Origin: Octopus sinensis
Lineage: Eukaryota
Assembly (NCBI RefSeq): GCF_006345805.1
Contig: NC_042998.1
Location: 155,496,001-155,560,000 of the forward strand
DNA length: 64,000 nucleotides
Direction of reading: 5' to 3'
Positions 12,563-25,339 of this stretch are shown here, in pieces (positions within the stretch are counted from its first letter, which is position 1; each line of letters opens with the position of its first letter). A program made the position numbers and the translations under genes. Below the pieces are notes generated by a model. It did not search any database and was not told the origin of the DNA. It saw nothing but the letters and a program-made list of their open reading frames with translations.

Positions 12563-15500
12563 ATTTTTTCTTTAGTTTCAGCTCTTAGCTGCGGCCATGC
12601 TGATGCACCGCCGTTTTGTGCTACACTGTTATTACGAAGAACCTCCTGTAATATGTGGCACTTGGTGAAGAATGCAGTTTGATATAGCTACCCTAATTTG
12701 CACCTCTTGCCGTGAGGTAGGTTCATCTGGGACTTTCGACAGGAAGAGGTCCAGTTTTGTTTTAAAAACCGCTACATCTACTTTGTGCAAGTTCCTCAGA
12801 CTCTTTGGGAGAATATTAAAAAGCTGTGGGCCCTTGAAACCCAGACTGTTGCAGTAGCTAGTCCTGAAGCGTGATGGCATTGCTGGGATCTTTGGCACTA
12901 TGCAGTGTCGTCCGTTTCTGGCATTGGTGTAGCTTTCAATGCCAAAATTTGGCACAATTCCTTCGAGGATCTTCCAGATATATATTACTGCATACGTCTC
13001 CTGTCTTCTCTCCAGGGAGTAGAGTCTTAGCTGTTTCAACCTTTCCCAGTAGCTGAGCTGTTGCAAAGAGACGATCTTCTTTGTGAATCATCTCTGGATT
13101 GCTTCAAGGTCCGCTGTTAATTTCACACTGGTGGGTAACCATAGCTGTGAGCAGTAATCCAGGCACCTGAGAATGAATGTCCGCCAGAGGACCAGCATGG
13201 TTTCCTTATCTCTGGTTCTGAATGTTCTTTGGATCCATCCAGCCAGTCATCTGCACTTTGTCACCATCCTGGTAATGTGCACTTGGAAAGAGGTATCATC
13301 ACTTATGTCGATACCCAGGTCTCTCACTGACTTAGGCTCTGGGATTGAAATTCACTGTGGACTGGTGTACCCTGTAAGTTTAATATTCAGTTTTGGATGC
13401 TGGTAGCACAGGGCCTGGAATTTTTCAGCATTAAGCTGCATATTATTATCCTCAGCCCATCTGTTAATTGAGTCCAACTCCTACTGCAGGTGTGCAACAT
13501 TGCTGGGGTTCTGTATTTTCTGTGAGACTTTCGTATCATCGGCATAGCTTGCCAGAGTGGCTATCTGGGCATTTGAGGGCATATCTGAGAGGGCCACTAT
13601 AAAAAGCAGTGGTCCCAAGACTGCGCCCTGTGGAACACTGCTCACTATTTGTATGTTCATAGAGGTGGCTCCATTAGCCACTACTGCCTGACTCCTAACT
13701 TTCAGGAAGTCATGTAACCACTCTCCAAGTTTTCCAGCTATGCCAAGGTCACGCAGTTTGTGGCATATCATACCATGATCCACCTTGTCAAAAGCTTTTG
13801 CAAAATCAAGGTATATTACATCCACATTTTATTTGTTGAGTAACTGCCTCAACACCCAGTCATAATGTTATAAGAGCTCGGTCAGGCAGCTCCTACCTGG
13901 TCGAAAAACATGCTGTGTATCACTCAGCAAGTTATTTTCTTCAAGGAATGCAATTAGTTTCCCTCTGACTATCCGTTCCATGACTTTGCTGATGTGTGAA
14001 GTCAGAGAGATAGGCCTATAGTTTTTGGCATCTGCTCTACTTGATGTATTGGGCATATTATTCCCTCCTTCAGCTTGCTTGGCAGTTTGCCGTTTGTAAG
14101 AAAGCTCTAGAAGAGAATCTTGAGGGGTTTTGCCAGAGCATGCTTACACGCTTTGAGGAGGATTGCTGGGAAGCCATCAGGACCAGTAGTTGAGTTTTTG
14201 TCCACTTCATCTATGGCTAGTAGGATATCTTTTTCACTAATGTCAATACAGTCTATTGTAACCGCCTCGCTGGTTATAGGTGAGGCGGCAAAGAAGCCCA
14301 CTGGTTCGTTTACTTGTCTGTGTTCTAACAGGGTGGTAAAGACACTTTTGAACTGGCCATTCAGCATCTCACTGATCATAGTTGGACTGTCTGTGAGGGA
14401 GCCATCCTTTTGGAGGAGGGGTCCTATCTTGTAGTGCACTGAGACTGTTTCTTTCGCGTAATGAAAGAAGGCCTTTGGGTTTGATTTAATGTTTTTTATA
14501 ACCCAGGCTTTCTCCTTCACATAGAATTATTGCAGCCTTTTTCCATTCTCCATCAGTGTTTTTTTCAGTCGGGATGTTTCGCTACATTTGGGATGTTGGT
14601 TGAGTCTATTTGCAGCCTTCGTCTGTCGTCTCATGAGGATCTTCCTCTCTCTTGGAATCTTGCTCCTATTTGTTTTGGCCTTGTACTCTGGAACATATTT
14701 CTGGCATATGGCTTGCACAGAAGACATGAAACATTCTAGATTCATGTCAATGTCAGGTGTGGAAAGACATTTCGGCCAGTCCTCTCTGAGGATCTCTTTC
14801 TGGATCAATTTCCAATCTGCTTTGTGGCAGTTCAGATTGGAGAGTTTTCAGGTGCTTCCTTTAGGCGGTATGTCTCTGGTTACTTTCGACCCAAACATAG
14901 ACACCTCTATTACGTTGTGATCCGAGACTAATGTCGGTGTCACTTTCACATCATGAATGATGTCCATATTGTTTGTGAAGCAGAGATCCAGAATGTTATT
15001 CGCCCTAGTTGGTTTGAGTACAGCTTCCTCCATGAATAGGGCATTGGTGAGGTTGAGCAGGGACTCCACCTGTGCTTGCTTGCAATGAGTCACTCCTGAA
15101 AGTATGAGACCTTCGGGCCATTTGACGTTGGGGAAGTTGAAATCACCCATAAGAAATATGGTCATGTGGTGTTTCAGATTCATGAGGATTTCTTTCATTC
15201 TTGTGAGGCAATCTTCACACTTGCCTATGTGGTTTGGGGCATATGGTGGGCAATATGTATTGCATATGACTATATTATGTTGTCTTATGTATACAATTAG
15301 AGTGTCACATACAGAGTTTGAGTATGCCAGTAAGACCTGGGGTGTGAGGTCATCACGGATGTATACAGCAACTCCACCACGGCTCCTTTCCCTTCTGTCT
15401 GTTCGCACACCTCATATGTGCATAGTTTGATACGTGTACTTCTGCGTCCTCTATATCAGAGCTGAGGTGAGTTTCCATGAGTGCTATGCATAGGGCTTGA

Positions 15501-15690
15501 TTGCATGCAGTAAGATCTCTCAGGAAAGAAATTTGTTTCTATTTTGATGCAACAGGCCCCCAATATTTAGTAAAAGTATTGGGGTGACGACTGTGCAGGC
15601 ATTAGAGGAGGCCATCCTGTGTCTGTTGACTATGGTGGTCTTGCATAGTGGTGGGCAAGGTTCCTGCTTTGTGCCTGGAGTTTTATCATG
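12563..15690 (-). mobile_element. CR1-like LINE, decayed ORF2 (APE and RT) plus the end of ORF1; same family as 57890-61719
   Basis: RGGVAVYIRDD, MGDFNFP, NYRPISLTS, YLDFAKAFDKV, YADDTK, SYWERLKQLRLYSLERR; 3' tail at 12563-12612. Confidence 0.92.
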
Positions 15691-15742
15691 GTTACCAAAT
15701 AATTGTCACATATTACATTTATATATATATATATATTATATA

Positions 15743-15771
<29 letters not shown>

Positions 15772-15774
<3 letters not shown>

Positions 15775-16186
15775 CTCTCTTTTACTCTTTTACTTGTTTC
15801 AGTCATTTGACTGCGGCCATGCTGAAGCACCGCCTTTAGTCGATCAAATTGACCCCGGAACTTATTCTTTGTAAGCCCAGTACTTATTCTATCGGTCTCT
15901 TTTGCCGAACCGCTAAGTGGCGGGGACGTAAACACACCAGCATCGGTTGTCAAGCAATGCTAGGGGGACAAACACAGACACACAAACACACACACACATA
16001 TATATATATATATACATATATACGACAGGCCTCTTTCAGTTTTCGTCTACCAAATCCACTCACAAGGCATTGGTCGGCCCGGGGCTATAGCAGAAGACAC
16101 TTGCCCAAGATGCTACGCAGTGGGACTGAACCCGCAACCATGTGGTTGGTTAGCAAGCTACTTACCACACAGCCACTCCTGCGCCT
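15772..16186 (-). mobile_element. Full-length tRNA-derived SINE with CORE-like block, inserted in (TA)n
   Basis: head AGGCGCAGGAGTGGCTGTGTGG, B-box-like GGTTCAGTCCC, CTTGGGCAAGTGTCTTC block, (GTAAAAGA)n tail. Confidence 0.9.
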
Positions 16187-16440
16187 ATATATATATATAT
16201 TTATTTATTTATTTATCTAGTTTCAGCTCAATATATATATTAAGTAGGTGAATGAATTATCCTATGTATATCGTCAGCATGGAAAATTCGTTTAACCGAA
16301 ACCTGGGTAGCAAATTCACGTCAGAAAACACGGTTGAAGCGACCTGTCAAGGGTAGAAACTCCGGGTTCATGTGCAGAAATTTGTGTGTTGTATATGAAT
16401 AAATGAAAGAATGGAGTCGAACGAAGATGTTGACAAAATT

Positions 16441-16533
16441 CCTTTACTCTCGACACATGTTTCGAAGACAGCACATTTTCATTCCGAAGGAATAAAGTGT
16501 GCATTATGCAATCTTCTCATCAGGAAAGAAAGG
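16441..16533 (-). ncRNA. Type I hammerhead ribozyme motif with extended stem II
   Basis: CCTTTCTTTC-CTGATGA-GAAGA..TCTTC-GAAAC-ATGT-GTC-GAGAGtAAAGG; complete core, stems I and II pair, palindromic stem III. Confidence 0.8.
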
Positions 16534-17882
16534 GAGCCTCTCTCGACAAGACAAACAAAAATTTTGATGATTGCGTACATGGTAAACAGAGCGATAATGA
16601 GTGTTTTTTTAAAAAAATCCGTTAGGAGAAATGACATCAAAAATGGATAGTAGGAGGAAGGAAAGGGATAAAGTAATAATGGGTAGGGGACAGCATGTTT
16701 GCTGTATGTATGGAAATGTGTGGGTGTGTGTTTGTGTGTGTGTATAAATGCATTTGTGTTTGTGTGGGTGATTGTGTGTGTGAAAGAGAGACAGACGTCA
16801 AAGATAGATAGTAGTAAGCATGTTTTGAATCAGAATTCATCTGATGTACTTTCTGCCTGAATGCTGTTCCAGACAGCAACCTTACATGTTTTGCAAGTAA
16901 GTGATGCTTTATTCCAATGTTTTAAAAAAAGCTCAGCAATCACATGTAATGTAAACATTATATCAGTTTCTCTCCAGCTGCAGCATGCAAAACTATAGAA
17001 TATTTACATTTAGACAGATATGATGGCTGTTTGCTCAATTTCCGTCAACTAAATGCATTCACAATATGCTTATTAGTCTCCTACTATAGTTGAAGTCACT
17101 TGCCCTTTATATCACAGGAAATAGAAAAAATATTGTTGTATCTTGGGATGTTCTGTTTTGTGTTTTTTTTTGTTTTACATCTAGCTATATGAGATTGAGT
17201 TTGGTGTCTGTGACTCTCATGTAGGTTTCTCTTTGATGAATCTCTCTGACATTCTTTTGAAAAATTATTTGTATGGTTATAACCATTTAAAATTAGAGAC
17301 TCCACTTTTTAGCTAGGAGACAATTTTCTACATAATTTAAGCTCAGTTTTCATCGAGTCCTCTGTATTTTTTTTGCAAGGAAGAGAAGCCTCTTTCTAAA
17401 CAACCTCTCTTTTTTATAAAATAATTACAATTTATATTCTGTGTCTTTTTTAAATAATTTAAGTTTTTAATTTAGCATTTATCTTCTCTGTTACTGCAGA
17501 CAACCTATTGCCAAAATTTTGTTTCCTTGTCAGGAGTGTATGTGTGTGTCATTTGATCTTGCACATTGCGTCAAAACTTTTTTTTAAGTGTATATCTTGA
17601 AAGTTTGTATGAGGTGTGCTATCTGACCAAGCAGAAAAGCACATAGATTTTACATATTAATGGTAAGGTGTGATGATTTCAAGAGAACTTAAATACTCTA
17701 TGAAAAACAAACTCTCCTACTTGTCTTAAAGAACATGCAAGGAACAGAAGCATTAGAATAGTAGCAATGTGAAGTTCTAACTTTGAAGGAAAGTATTACT
17801 TCAATTACATATAATGACTAGCAAATGAAGATGTGTTTTGTTGTTAATGTTAAAAACTGAATATATTTGTTTAAACCAATAC

Positions 17883-17938
17883 CTGCATTGCAATGGTTTT
17901 AAAGATGACTTTCAGTTTGGCCAGTTCTACATCATGTT
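17883..17938 (-). CDS. Host exon, phase 1 to 0: (E)HDVELAKLKVIFKTIAMQ
   Basis: NAGNAG acceptor tacagcag, donor CAG|gtattg; joins exon 23147-23175 in frame. Confidence 0.75.
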
Positions 17939-18119
17939 CTGCTGTATTAGTATTACTATCATAAGGATCTTCAAGTGAATATACTGATGAGTCTAGAAAT
18001 AATTTTTAAAATATTAACAATGTAAGGAAATTTATAATAAAATTTACTTAGTGAATTATATAAAAAACACAAACGCATCAAAATTCCTTTTTCAAACTGT
18101 TTACAGTTAAAATTTGTTA

Positions 18120-18550
18120 CACGCAAAAGAAGCAGTATTAGTTCAAAATAGTAATCTGTGTCATGCCTAAAATAGATACACCATTGAAAGTTTGATAAAC
18201 TGCAGTATTCATATTGAGATAGCATCAGCAGTAGTGGTGGCACTGATAAATGAATATTTCTCCCTTTTCGGGCTTCTGATATATTTCTTTGTCTTCAAGA
18301 GATGTTCTTTCACTATCTTAAAACTAATTCTGCAGTTTATCAGGCTTTCAACAATGTATCTGTATGATACACAAATTGCTATTTTGAACTGATATTGCTT
18401 CTGTTACCCATAACACATTTTCATTCAGCCTACTGGATAGTTGCAACATTTGTGGTATTTGTCTCATCATTGAGATGAATACCACCGTTTATCAGACTTT
18501 CAATGATGTATCTGCTTTAAGTATGGCATATAGATTACTATTTTGTTTAC
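18120..18550. repeat. Unit of about 85 bp present once inverted and twice direct, plus a 35-nt hairpin
   Basis: 18120-18208 is the reverse complement of 18330-18415 and 18487-18550; GTGGTATT..TCTCA-tcat-TGAGA..AATACCAC at 18451-18485. Confidence 0.65.
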
Positions 18551-19224
18551 ACTTACTTCAGAAAATTTAATTATATGGATTCATAAAAGTTCCTTTTTGT
18601 TAGTATGTTCAAACTGGAAGAGAACTAATCACAGCTGATGAAGACTTTCTTATATTTAATGTAAAAGCTCTGAGAGAAAAATACTTTAATTGAAGGTTGC
18701 ACAAACCTGATTGCTAGTTTGAGAGAGAGATTTAGATTACCGAGCAACAAATGTAATGAACTTGGATCCAAATATGTAAAATATGATCAACAATTAAAAT
18801 ATGACAAAAATGTTGATTAGGTAAAGATATGTAATGCAGATAATATCACATGCATAGTGGTACTGAATTCTACAAATTGGTGGAAGGTATCCATAGCATA
18901 AGTCATGATGAGTCATAAGTCAAATGACATGGCATAAGACTAAATAAAACTCATGAAAAATTGCTATGTAAATCAATCCATTCAAGTCAACAAGAATAGA
19001 CAACATTAAAACACTGATGATGCTAACCGTGATGTCTCATGAAAGGCTGATCAAATTATGTTGATCTAATGATCAATATAAGAGAAACATAGTTTTATAA
19101 AATAAATAAGAACATAAATTGCATAAGTATTAAAATGAAATGAAGACAGTGTCACTAATTCCACTAATAGGACAGTTTTATTGAAAATCATGACTGCCAG
19201 CTCACTGCCTTGTCAGTGCATATA

Positions 19225-20514
19225 TCAGGTCATCCCGTAAGTTCTGTCCAATTTCACCTTTTTTAAATTTGAATGAAATTTAATAGTATTTTAGAATGTC
19301 TAATGGAATTAAAAATTATTTTTATGCATTTGTGTACATTTAAACTAATTAAATATTATTTTACAGAATAATAAAATTAAAATTTCTTTGATTAAAACCC
19401 TTTCTAACATGGAAGTATCCAAAGAGCATTTCAGGCACATAATACTTAATGAGTACAAAAAAGAAAACTCTGCAGCCGAAGTGACTCAAAACATATATTC
19501 AGTTTATGGGAAAGAAATGCTTGAATGAAAGAACTTGCAGAAAATGGTTTGCAAAATTCAGAAATGGAGATTTCAGCCTTGAAGATGAAGATCAAACAGG
19601 ACATCCAGTTGAGTTTGATGATAAGCTCCTTGAGGCGTTACTTGAAGAAAATCCTGCATTATCAGTTGAAGAATTGGTAATAAAGTTTAGTTCAAACCAC
19701 ACAACTGTTCATCGTCATCTTTAACAACTTGGAAAGGTTCCAAAACTTGGAAAATGGGCGCCTCATGAATTGTCCGAAAGCAACTGCAAATTCCGAGTTG
19801 ACATCTGCTCTTCTCTCCATTCTCGTGAACTCATTTTACCCTTTTTGGATAGACTTGTGACTGGTGATGAAAAATGGATCTTCTATGGAATGGTTAAACG
19901 TCATAAACAGTGGCTTGGTAAAAGGGAAAAAGCTCAACCACAACCGAGAAGGGAGCTTCGTGGGAAAAAGGTTTTTCTCTTTATCTGGTGGGATTACAAA
20001 GGAGTAATTCACTTTGAATTGTTACCACCTAATGCAGCAATCAATGCTCAAGTCTACTGTCAGCAATTAGTGTCTGAACCAGGCTTTGAAGAAAAAAAGA
20101 CCTGCTTTAGTGAAACAAAAAGGAGTGATGTTTCATCAGGACAATGCGCGACCCCACGCTGCAAAAATCACATCACAGAAGATCAAAGAGCTTGGTTGGG
20201 AAAAAATTCCTCATCCATCTTATTTTCCCGACCTTGCTTCTTCAGACTACCATTTGTTTTGTAGTTTACAGAATCATTTGGGGGACATAACTTTTGCAAG
20301 CCAGGAGGAGGAGGTCGAAACTGACATTTCAGAGTCCTTCGCTTTGAAACCAAAAGAGTTTTACGTTGATGGGATTAAAAAGCTTGTAAATAGATGGAAG
20401 GAAGTCATAGATAATCAGGGAGAGTACACTGATGATTAAATTTCAATTAAATATAACATTTGATCACTTGTTTTCTTTATTCAAAATTCAGACAGAACTT
20501 ATGGGATGACCTGA
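19225..20514 (+). mobile_element. Full-length mariner (DD34D) with disabled transposase at 19409-20439
   Basis: TA TSD; 24-bp TIR TCAGGTCATCCC(G/A)TAAGTTCTGTC; WAPHEL, VTGDEKW, HQDNARPH, PDLASSD; two frameshifts and one stop. Confidence 0.95.
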
Positions 20515-22099
20515 TAAATATTAAGCACTTTTATTAAAGTGTAAATAGTTTACTCATAAATTTTATTTATACTGTAGGCATCTTCCATCAATTTACAGTA
20601 TTTAGTATGAACTTAACTAGCTAGCTGCATATGTTCTTGACCCTCACAATATTTCTCGCCCAGATGCTACATAAATATTTCACACTGTTTTCCCATCCCA
20701 CAGAACTGTAAATCTTTCAAATTTCCTTCTTATCACATTTCTCATACAAAAGAAAAGCCCTGTAAATGTTGAAAGTGTATATAAACTGCATTAATCTCAC
20801 TCATCTGGAAAGGCTTGATTATTCAATTAGCACAGAGGACAAACTATTGAGTTTTCATCTAATCTTTCCTCTTATACTGAGTAAGGCTGCTTCCTAAATA
20901 GTACTGGTAGTTTTGGTCATCACTTACTAATTAGAACTTTGTTCTTTTTCATGTTAGCTTTCAGACATACAGATTTTATACTTAAGGTCTGAAACATCAT
21001 AGAAATAGCAGGCTTGTTACTTCTTAGGATATTTGATAGCTTCTGCTATGAAAACAATGCTAATAGAATATAACAGGTCATTCAACTACTTATTACAATA
21101 AGACTTTTTTGATCACATCAAGATTTCATTCTGATGCAGAAGTTTGTCATGACTGTTCCCAGAAGTTTTATAATCAAACTTGTAGGGACCTCACTTGGCC
21201 CTGCCTGAGATTTGAAACCAAATCTACCCACTTGTTGCTTGTTAAAACAAGTGGGAAATCCTCTCCATACTAGATGATTGATGGGAAAACACTTGACCCC
21301 CAAGGACTTGTGTAGGTCAAAGAAAGGTCAGTCCTTTGTTTAGGGTTTGACCAAAATACTGACCATAGTCTATATAAAAGAGAGCATTTATCTCTTGCTC
21401 ATTTGTGTCAGCCATGACCAAGAGCAGCACTTTCCCTTCACACTTCACTTGATATACAAAGAGAAGCATTCGGCCACAAGAAAAGCAATGCTACCTTTAT
21501 CCTTTCTAGTCAGCACAGTGCATTCCTTACTCTTTCCCTTCTACACTATCAACAACCAACCAGCGAGCGAACTTTTTATCATTGCCACTACAATTACTAC
21601 TGTATCTCTAACTACATGTTGGGCAAACAAATATATGCAAATAATATTTCTTCCTTTTTGGTGTTGATTCTTCAATGTTTACTGGTTACTCCAACGTGAG
21701 AATCTTCAAGCATTACATTTACATGCAACATTTGGTAGACAGCTACATCATATTGACATGATGTGGCATGTCACTTCAGCCCACTACAAACTCAGAGAAA
21801 TGTTACAGCAATCACTTGAATGCCTTACAGTATTTAATTATGTTCTTTTACATTTTAAGTACAAATCTCATCAAAGTTGACTTTACCTTTTATCATTCTG
21901 GTTTCTATTTAATCAATTAATTTTACTTTTTACTACACTTTATGCAAATTTTTAAAATTAATATTGTTAAACTTTGAGTAATTAGAAATTATGATCCTCA
22001 GAACTGCATGAATATCCTCGCAAATGATGTTATCTGATGAACTATTTAACTAATATTTAAGTTACATGTTTCTAAGTGCACTGGTTCAAATTTGCAAAT

Positions 22100-22320
22100 G
22101 CTTTAGTCAAACAAATTGACTTATTCTTTGTAAGCCTAGTACTTATCCTTCAGTCTTTTGTCAAACCGCTAAGTTACAGGGACGTAAACACACCAACATC
22201 AGTTGTCAAGCAATGGTGGCGGGGACAAACACAGACACAAAATATATATACGATGGGCTTCTGTCAGTTTCCATTTACTCACAAAGCTTCGGTCAGCCCT
22301 AGGCTATAGTAGAAGACATT
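22100..22320 (-). mobile_element. Partial SINE, same family as 15772
   Basis: matches internal blocks GTAAGCCTAGTACTTA and GGCTATAGTAGAAGACA. Confidence 0.75.
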
Positions 22321-23146
22321 TTAAGTAAAAAGTTTCTTGTTCTGTACTTTACCAGATGTAATAACTTGTCCTGTACTTTTCTAGGTTTATAAGTTTAAGA
22401 ATATTATTTCTTTTGCTCGCATTTTTCCATGTAATACATACTTCTTGTCACTTATGTTGCTAAAGCTTTGATATCCTAATTTCTATATCCTCCCCCATAA
22501 ATCTTCATCTTACATGAATTAAAAAACTAATCATTTCATCCCATTTGGTTATATTACATAACGAGAAAAAATACTTGATACCATCTCAACTAAAATGTAA
22601 ATAAATGAAAATAAAATGTGCCAAAAGGAAATTTTTTCAAATCCTATGGTCAATATTTGAGTTTTTTAAGATTATTGCTGCCAATATTCAAAAACATTAT
22701 GTGGATAAGTGAATTTAATAAGAGTAACCCATCCATCCACATAAATTTATGCATAAACATATTTCTGTTACATTTCATTTTTCATGTTTTGTGAAAAACT
22801 TGTAGTTCACTCAGTTTAAACTGAATAAATTTTGCTGTTTACATAAAATCTCAATATCCTGCTAAAAATGTAAATTTTTAAAAAAGAACATTCATTTTGC
22901 TAATAAGTAATCTATTTGAACCTTTTAAGAAAGACACTGAAACACTCCATAAAACAAACAAATGTAGAAAAAAAGACAATGGCACCTAACATTATGGAAG
23001 CTGGATATACTGGATAGGAGTAATGATACAAGTGGTATTCAGTTATTATGCTTGTTATACATTGGATAAAAAATGCAACAAATCAAATTAAATTCTTTTG
23101 TACTTCCATTTTAATTTTATTCAGATAAAAAGATACATAAACATAC

Positions 23147-23175
23147 CTGTCAATATTTTACTCATTTGTGATAAC
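23147..23175 (-). CDS. Host micro-exon, 29 nt, phase 2 to 1: LSQMSKILT
   Basis: acceptor ttttatctggttttag, donor CAG|gtatgt; its only open frame fits both neighbouring exons. Confidence 0.75.
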
Positions 23176-23289
23176 CTAAAACCAGATAAAATATCAATCA
23201 TAAAATATGAAATTATAAATTACAAAATAGAAAAATATCAATAAAAAAAAAAAAATTTTGAAATAAAATTTAAAAAACAGAAATGTTAT

Positions 23290-24240
23290 ATTTTGTTGTA
23301 TCTTGGGAGGGTCACTGTGTCAATAATAAACACATGCACTGGTTCAGCTTTACTTCTTTATCAATTGGGTTGATATTTAACCAACTAATTAATCAATTAT
23401 TTGATTAATCATTTGATAAAAATCAATCAATCAGTTGTGTCTGCCAAAGTCAACATTCATTACCTCTTCAATGACATGTTCTCTTTACTTCAGGTTAGCT
23501 TCAGGTCTGTAATATTAGTTTTCTATTTTTTAGCTTCAGGTCTGTAATATTAGTTTTCTATTTTTTAGCTTCAGGTTCAATATTTATGTAGTTGTATAGA
23601 TGTGAGTGGGAATGTACTTGACAAAGGTATGAAAAAAGAAAGAATGTGAATGCATAAATGTTTGTGAGTTTGTATTCATGCATGTATGTATTGTAGTTGG
23701 TTCTATGAGCACATGCATTAGAGAGAATGTGTGTGTGTCTACAAGTGTATGTTCATGAATGTACATGGTGAAAAGTTTATTCCTTGCGCGCACACACACA
23801 CACACACACACCAAAAAGCACATGCACATGAATGCATGCACATACACACTCGTTCTCTCCCTCCCTCTCTAATGTACTTACAAAACCAACACCACCACAC
23901 AAACATGCATACACACACACTCTTTCTTTCATTATTACTCTTCTTCTCAAGTACATTTCCACTCACATACAACTACATAAATTTTTTAAACCTAAGACTA
24001 AAAGACTAACCAGCCTGAAGCTGATCTGAAACAGAGAGGGCATGACATTGAAAAGATCACAAATGGTAATGAAAGAATTTTCACAAACACACTGACTGAT
24101 TTACCAAATAATTAACCAAACAATCCATTGGTTAGCTGGTCAAATAGTAAACTGATTGACAAATAATGAAGAAATGAAATTGAACCAGTGCACATGCTTA
24201 TTATTAGCACAATGAATCTCCCAAGAGACAACAAAGTCTG
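23290..24240. repeat. Diverged foldback (long inverted repeat) of about 950 bp centred near 23780
   Basis: GTTGTATCTTGGGAG...CACTGGTTCA mirrored by TGAACCAGTG...CTCCCAAGAGACAAC; inner ATTTATGTAGTTGTAT mirrored by ATACAACTACATAAAT. Confidence 0.75.
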
Positions 24241-25339
24241 TTTCAAAACACAATTGCAAATCAAGAGTCTTGTAAATCAAATACAGAAAGAAAATGCTCT
24301 GATAATTTAGATTATTTTTATTTTACATTTCAAATTTTTTTTCTGATTTAGTTAATCCTTTACGTTAATGAAATAAGAATGGATATGTTTAATAAAAATA
24401 TACTACAGGAACAATCAGCCAATAATAAAACTGGACATTGGAAATTACAATAAAAGCTAAGTTATAAGCATTTGTTTACTACTCACAGTTGTGCTTATAT
24501 AGTTTTATTATTTATTTGTTGTTTTTTTGGAACACTCTAGAGATTTGATAAAATGCATTTTGTTAGTGCATTTCTGCTTTGGCATGATTTCTATAGCTTG
24601 ATGCCCTTCCTAATGCCAGTCACTTTACAGCATGGACCAAGTACTTTTTCATGCCATTGAGGTCACCATGCAGTTAACAGGACTATGAACCCTCTGGCTG
24701 GTGGAGGTCATCTCTATCCTTCAGGTCAAGGGAATCACTATGAAATGGGTGGGGTAGGTTCATCTAATTGGGAAAAGGAAGAAAGAGAAAATGATCAGTA
24801 GGATCTGCAAGAGACAGATAATAGCAATGAGGTGCCCAGATGGTCCCATGAAGCAAGTCAAGTAGAAGCAGTTGGATCAGTTAGCAAGATTGTATAGAAA
24901 AGAGAATGAGGGAATAAGGGACAGACTGACAAAATGGGTAGGGTTAAAGGGTGGATGAACAAGAACACTCAGTTGGGGAAGATAGAGGTTATGCAGAAAA
25001 GAGAGATAGGGTGGTGAGCAGCAGGAGTAGTAAGATGATCGGAGTTACCTATGGGGAGGACAAGAGAGGGAGATGGCATGGCTGGATAGTATGTAAGAGT
25101 CAATTAGGAAGAGAGGCAGGTATAATGCATGAGGGGAAGAGAATTGTTGTAACATGCACGAGGAAAACACAACATATCACTTCCAGAACTGTTACACTGT
25201 GGAAGACAAGTCTTTTTGAGAATCTTATATCACCAGAGATTCCATCAGGCTCACTTCCAGCCTTCACCACTTCATTCCATGCCATCCTGTTTGACAAGCT
25301 CCAGCAACATCAAGTGATCAGCATTTCTTTATATAACTG

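Noticed and set aside
18557-18613. Exon-like segment with good splice sites
   Set aside because: Stops in all frames
17984-19020. CTGATGA motifs at 17984 and 19014 followed by GAAA
   Set aside because: No credible stems I-III, so not hammerheads
21100-21650. Possible endonuclease-like remnant (RKDKGSIAFLV) on the minus strand
   Set aside because: Single weak motif; cannot be assigned
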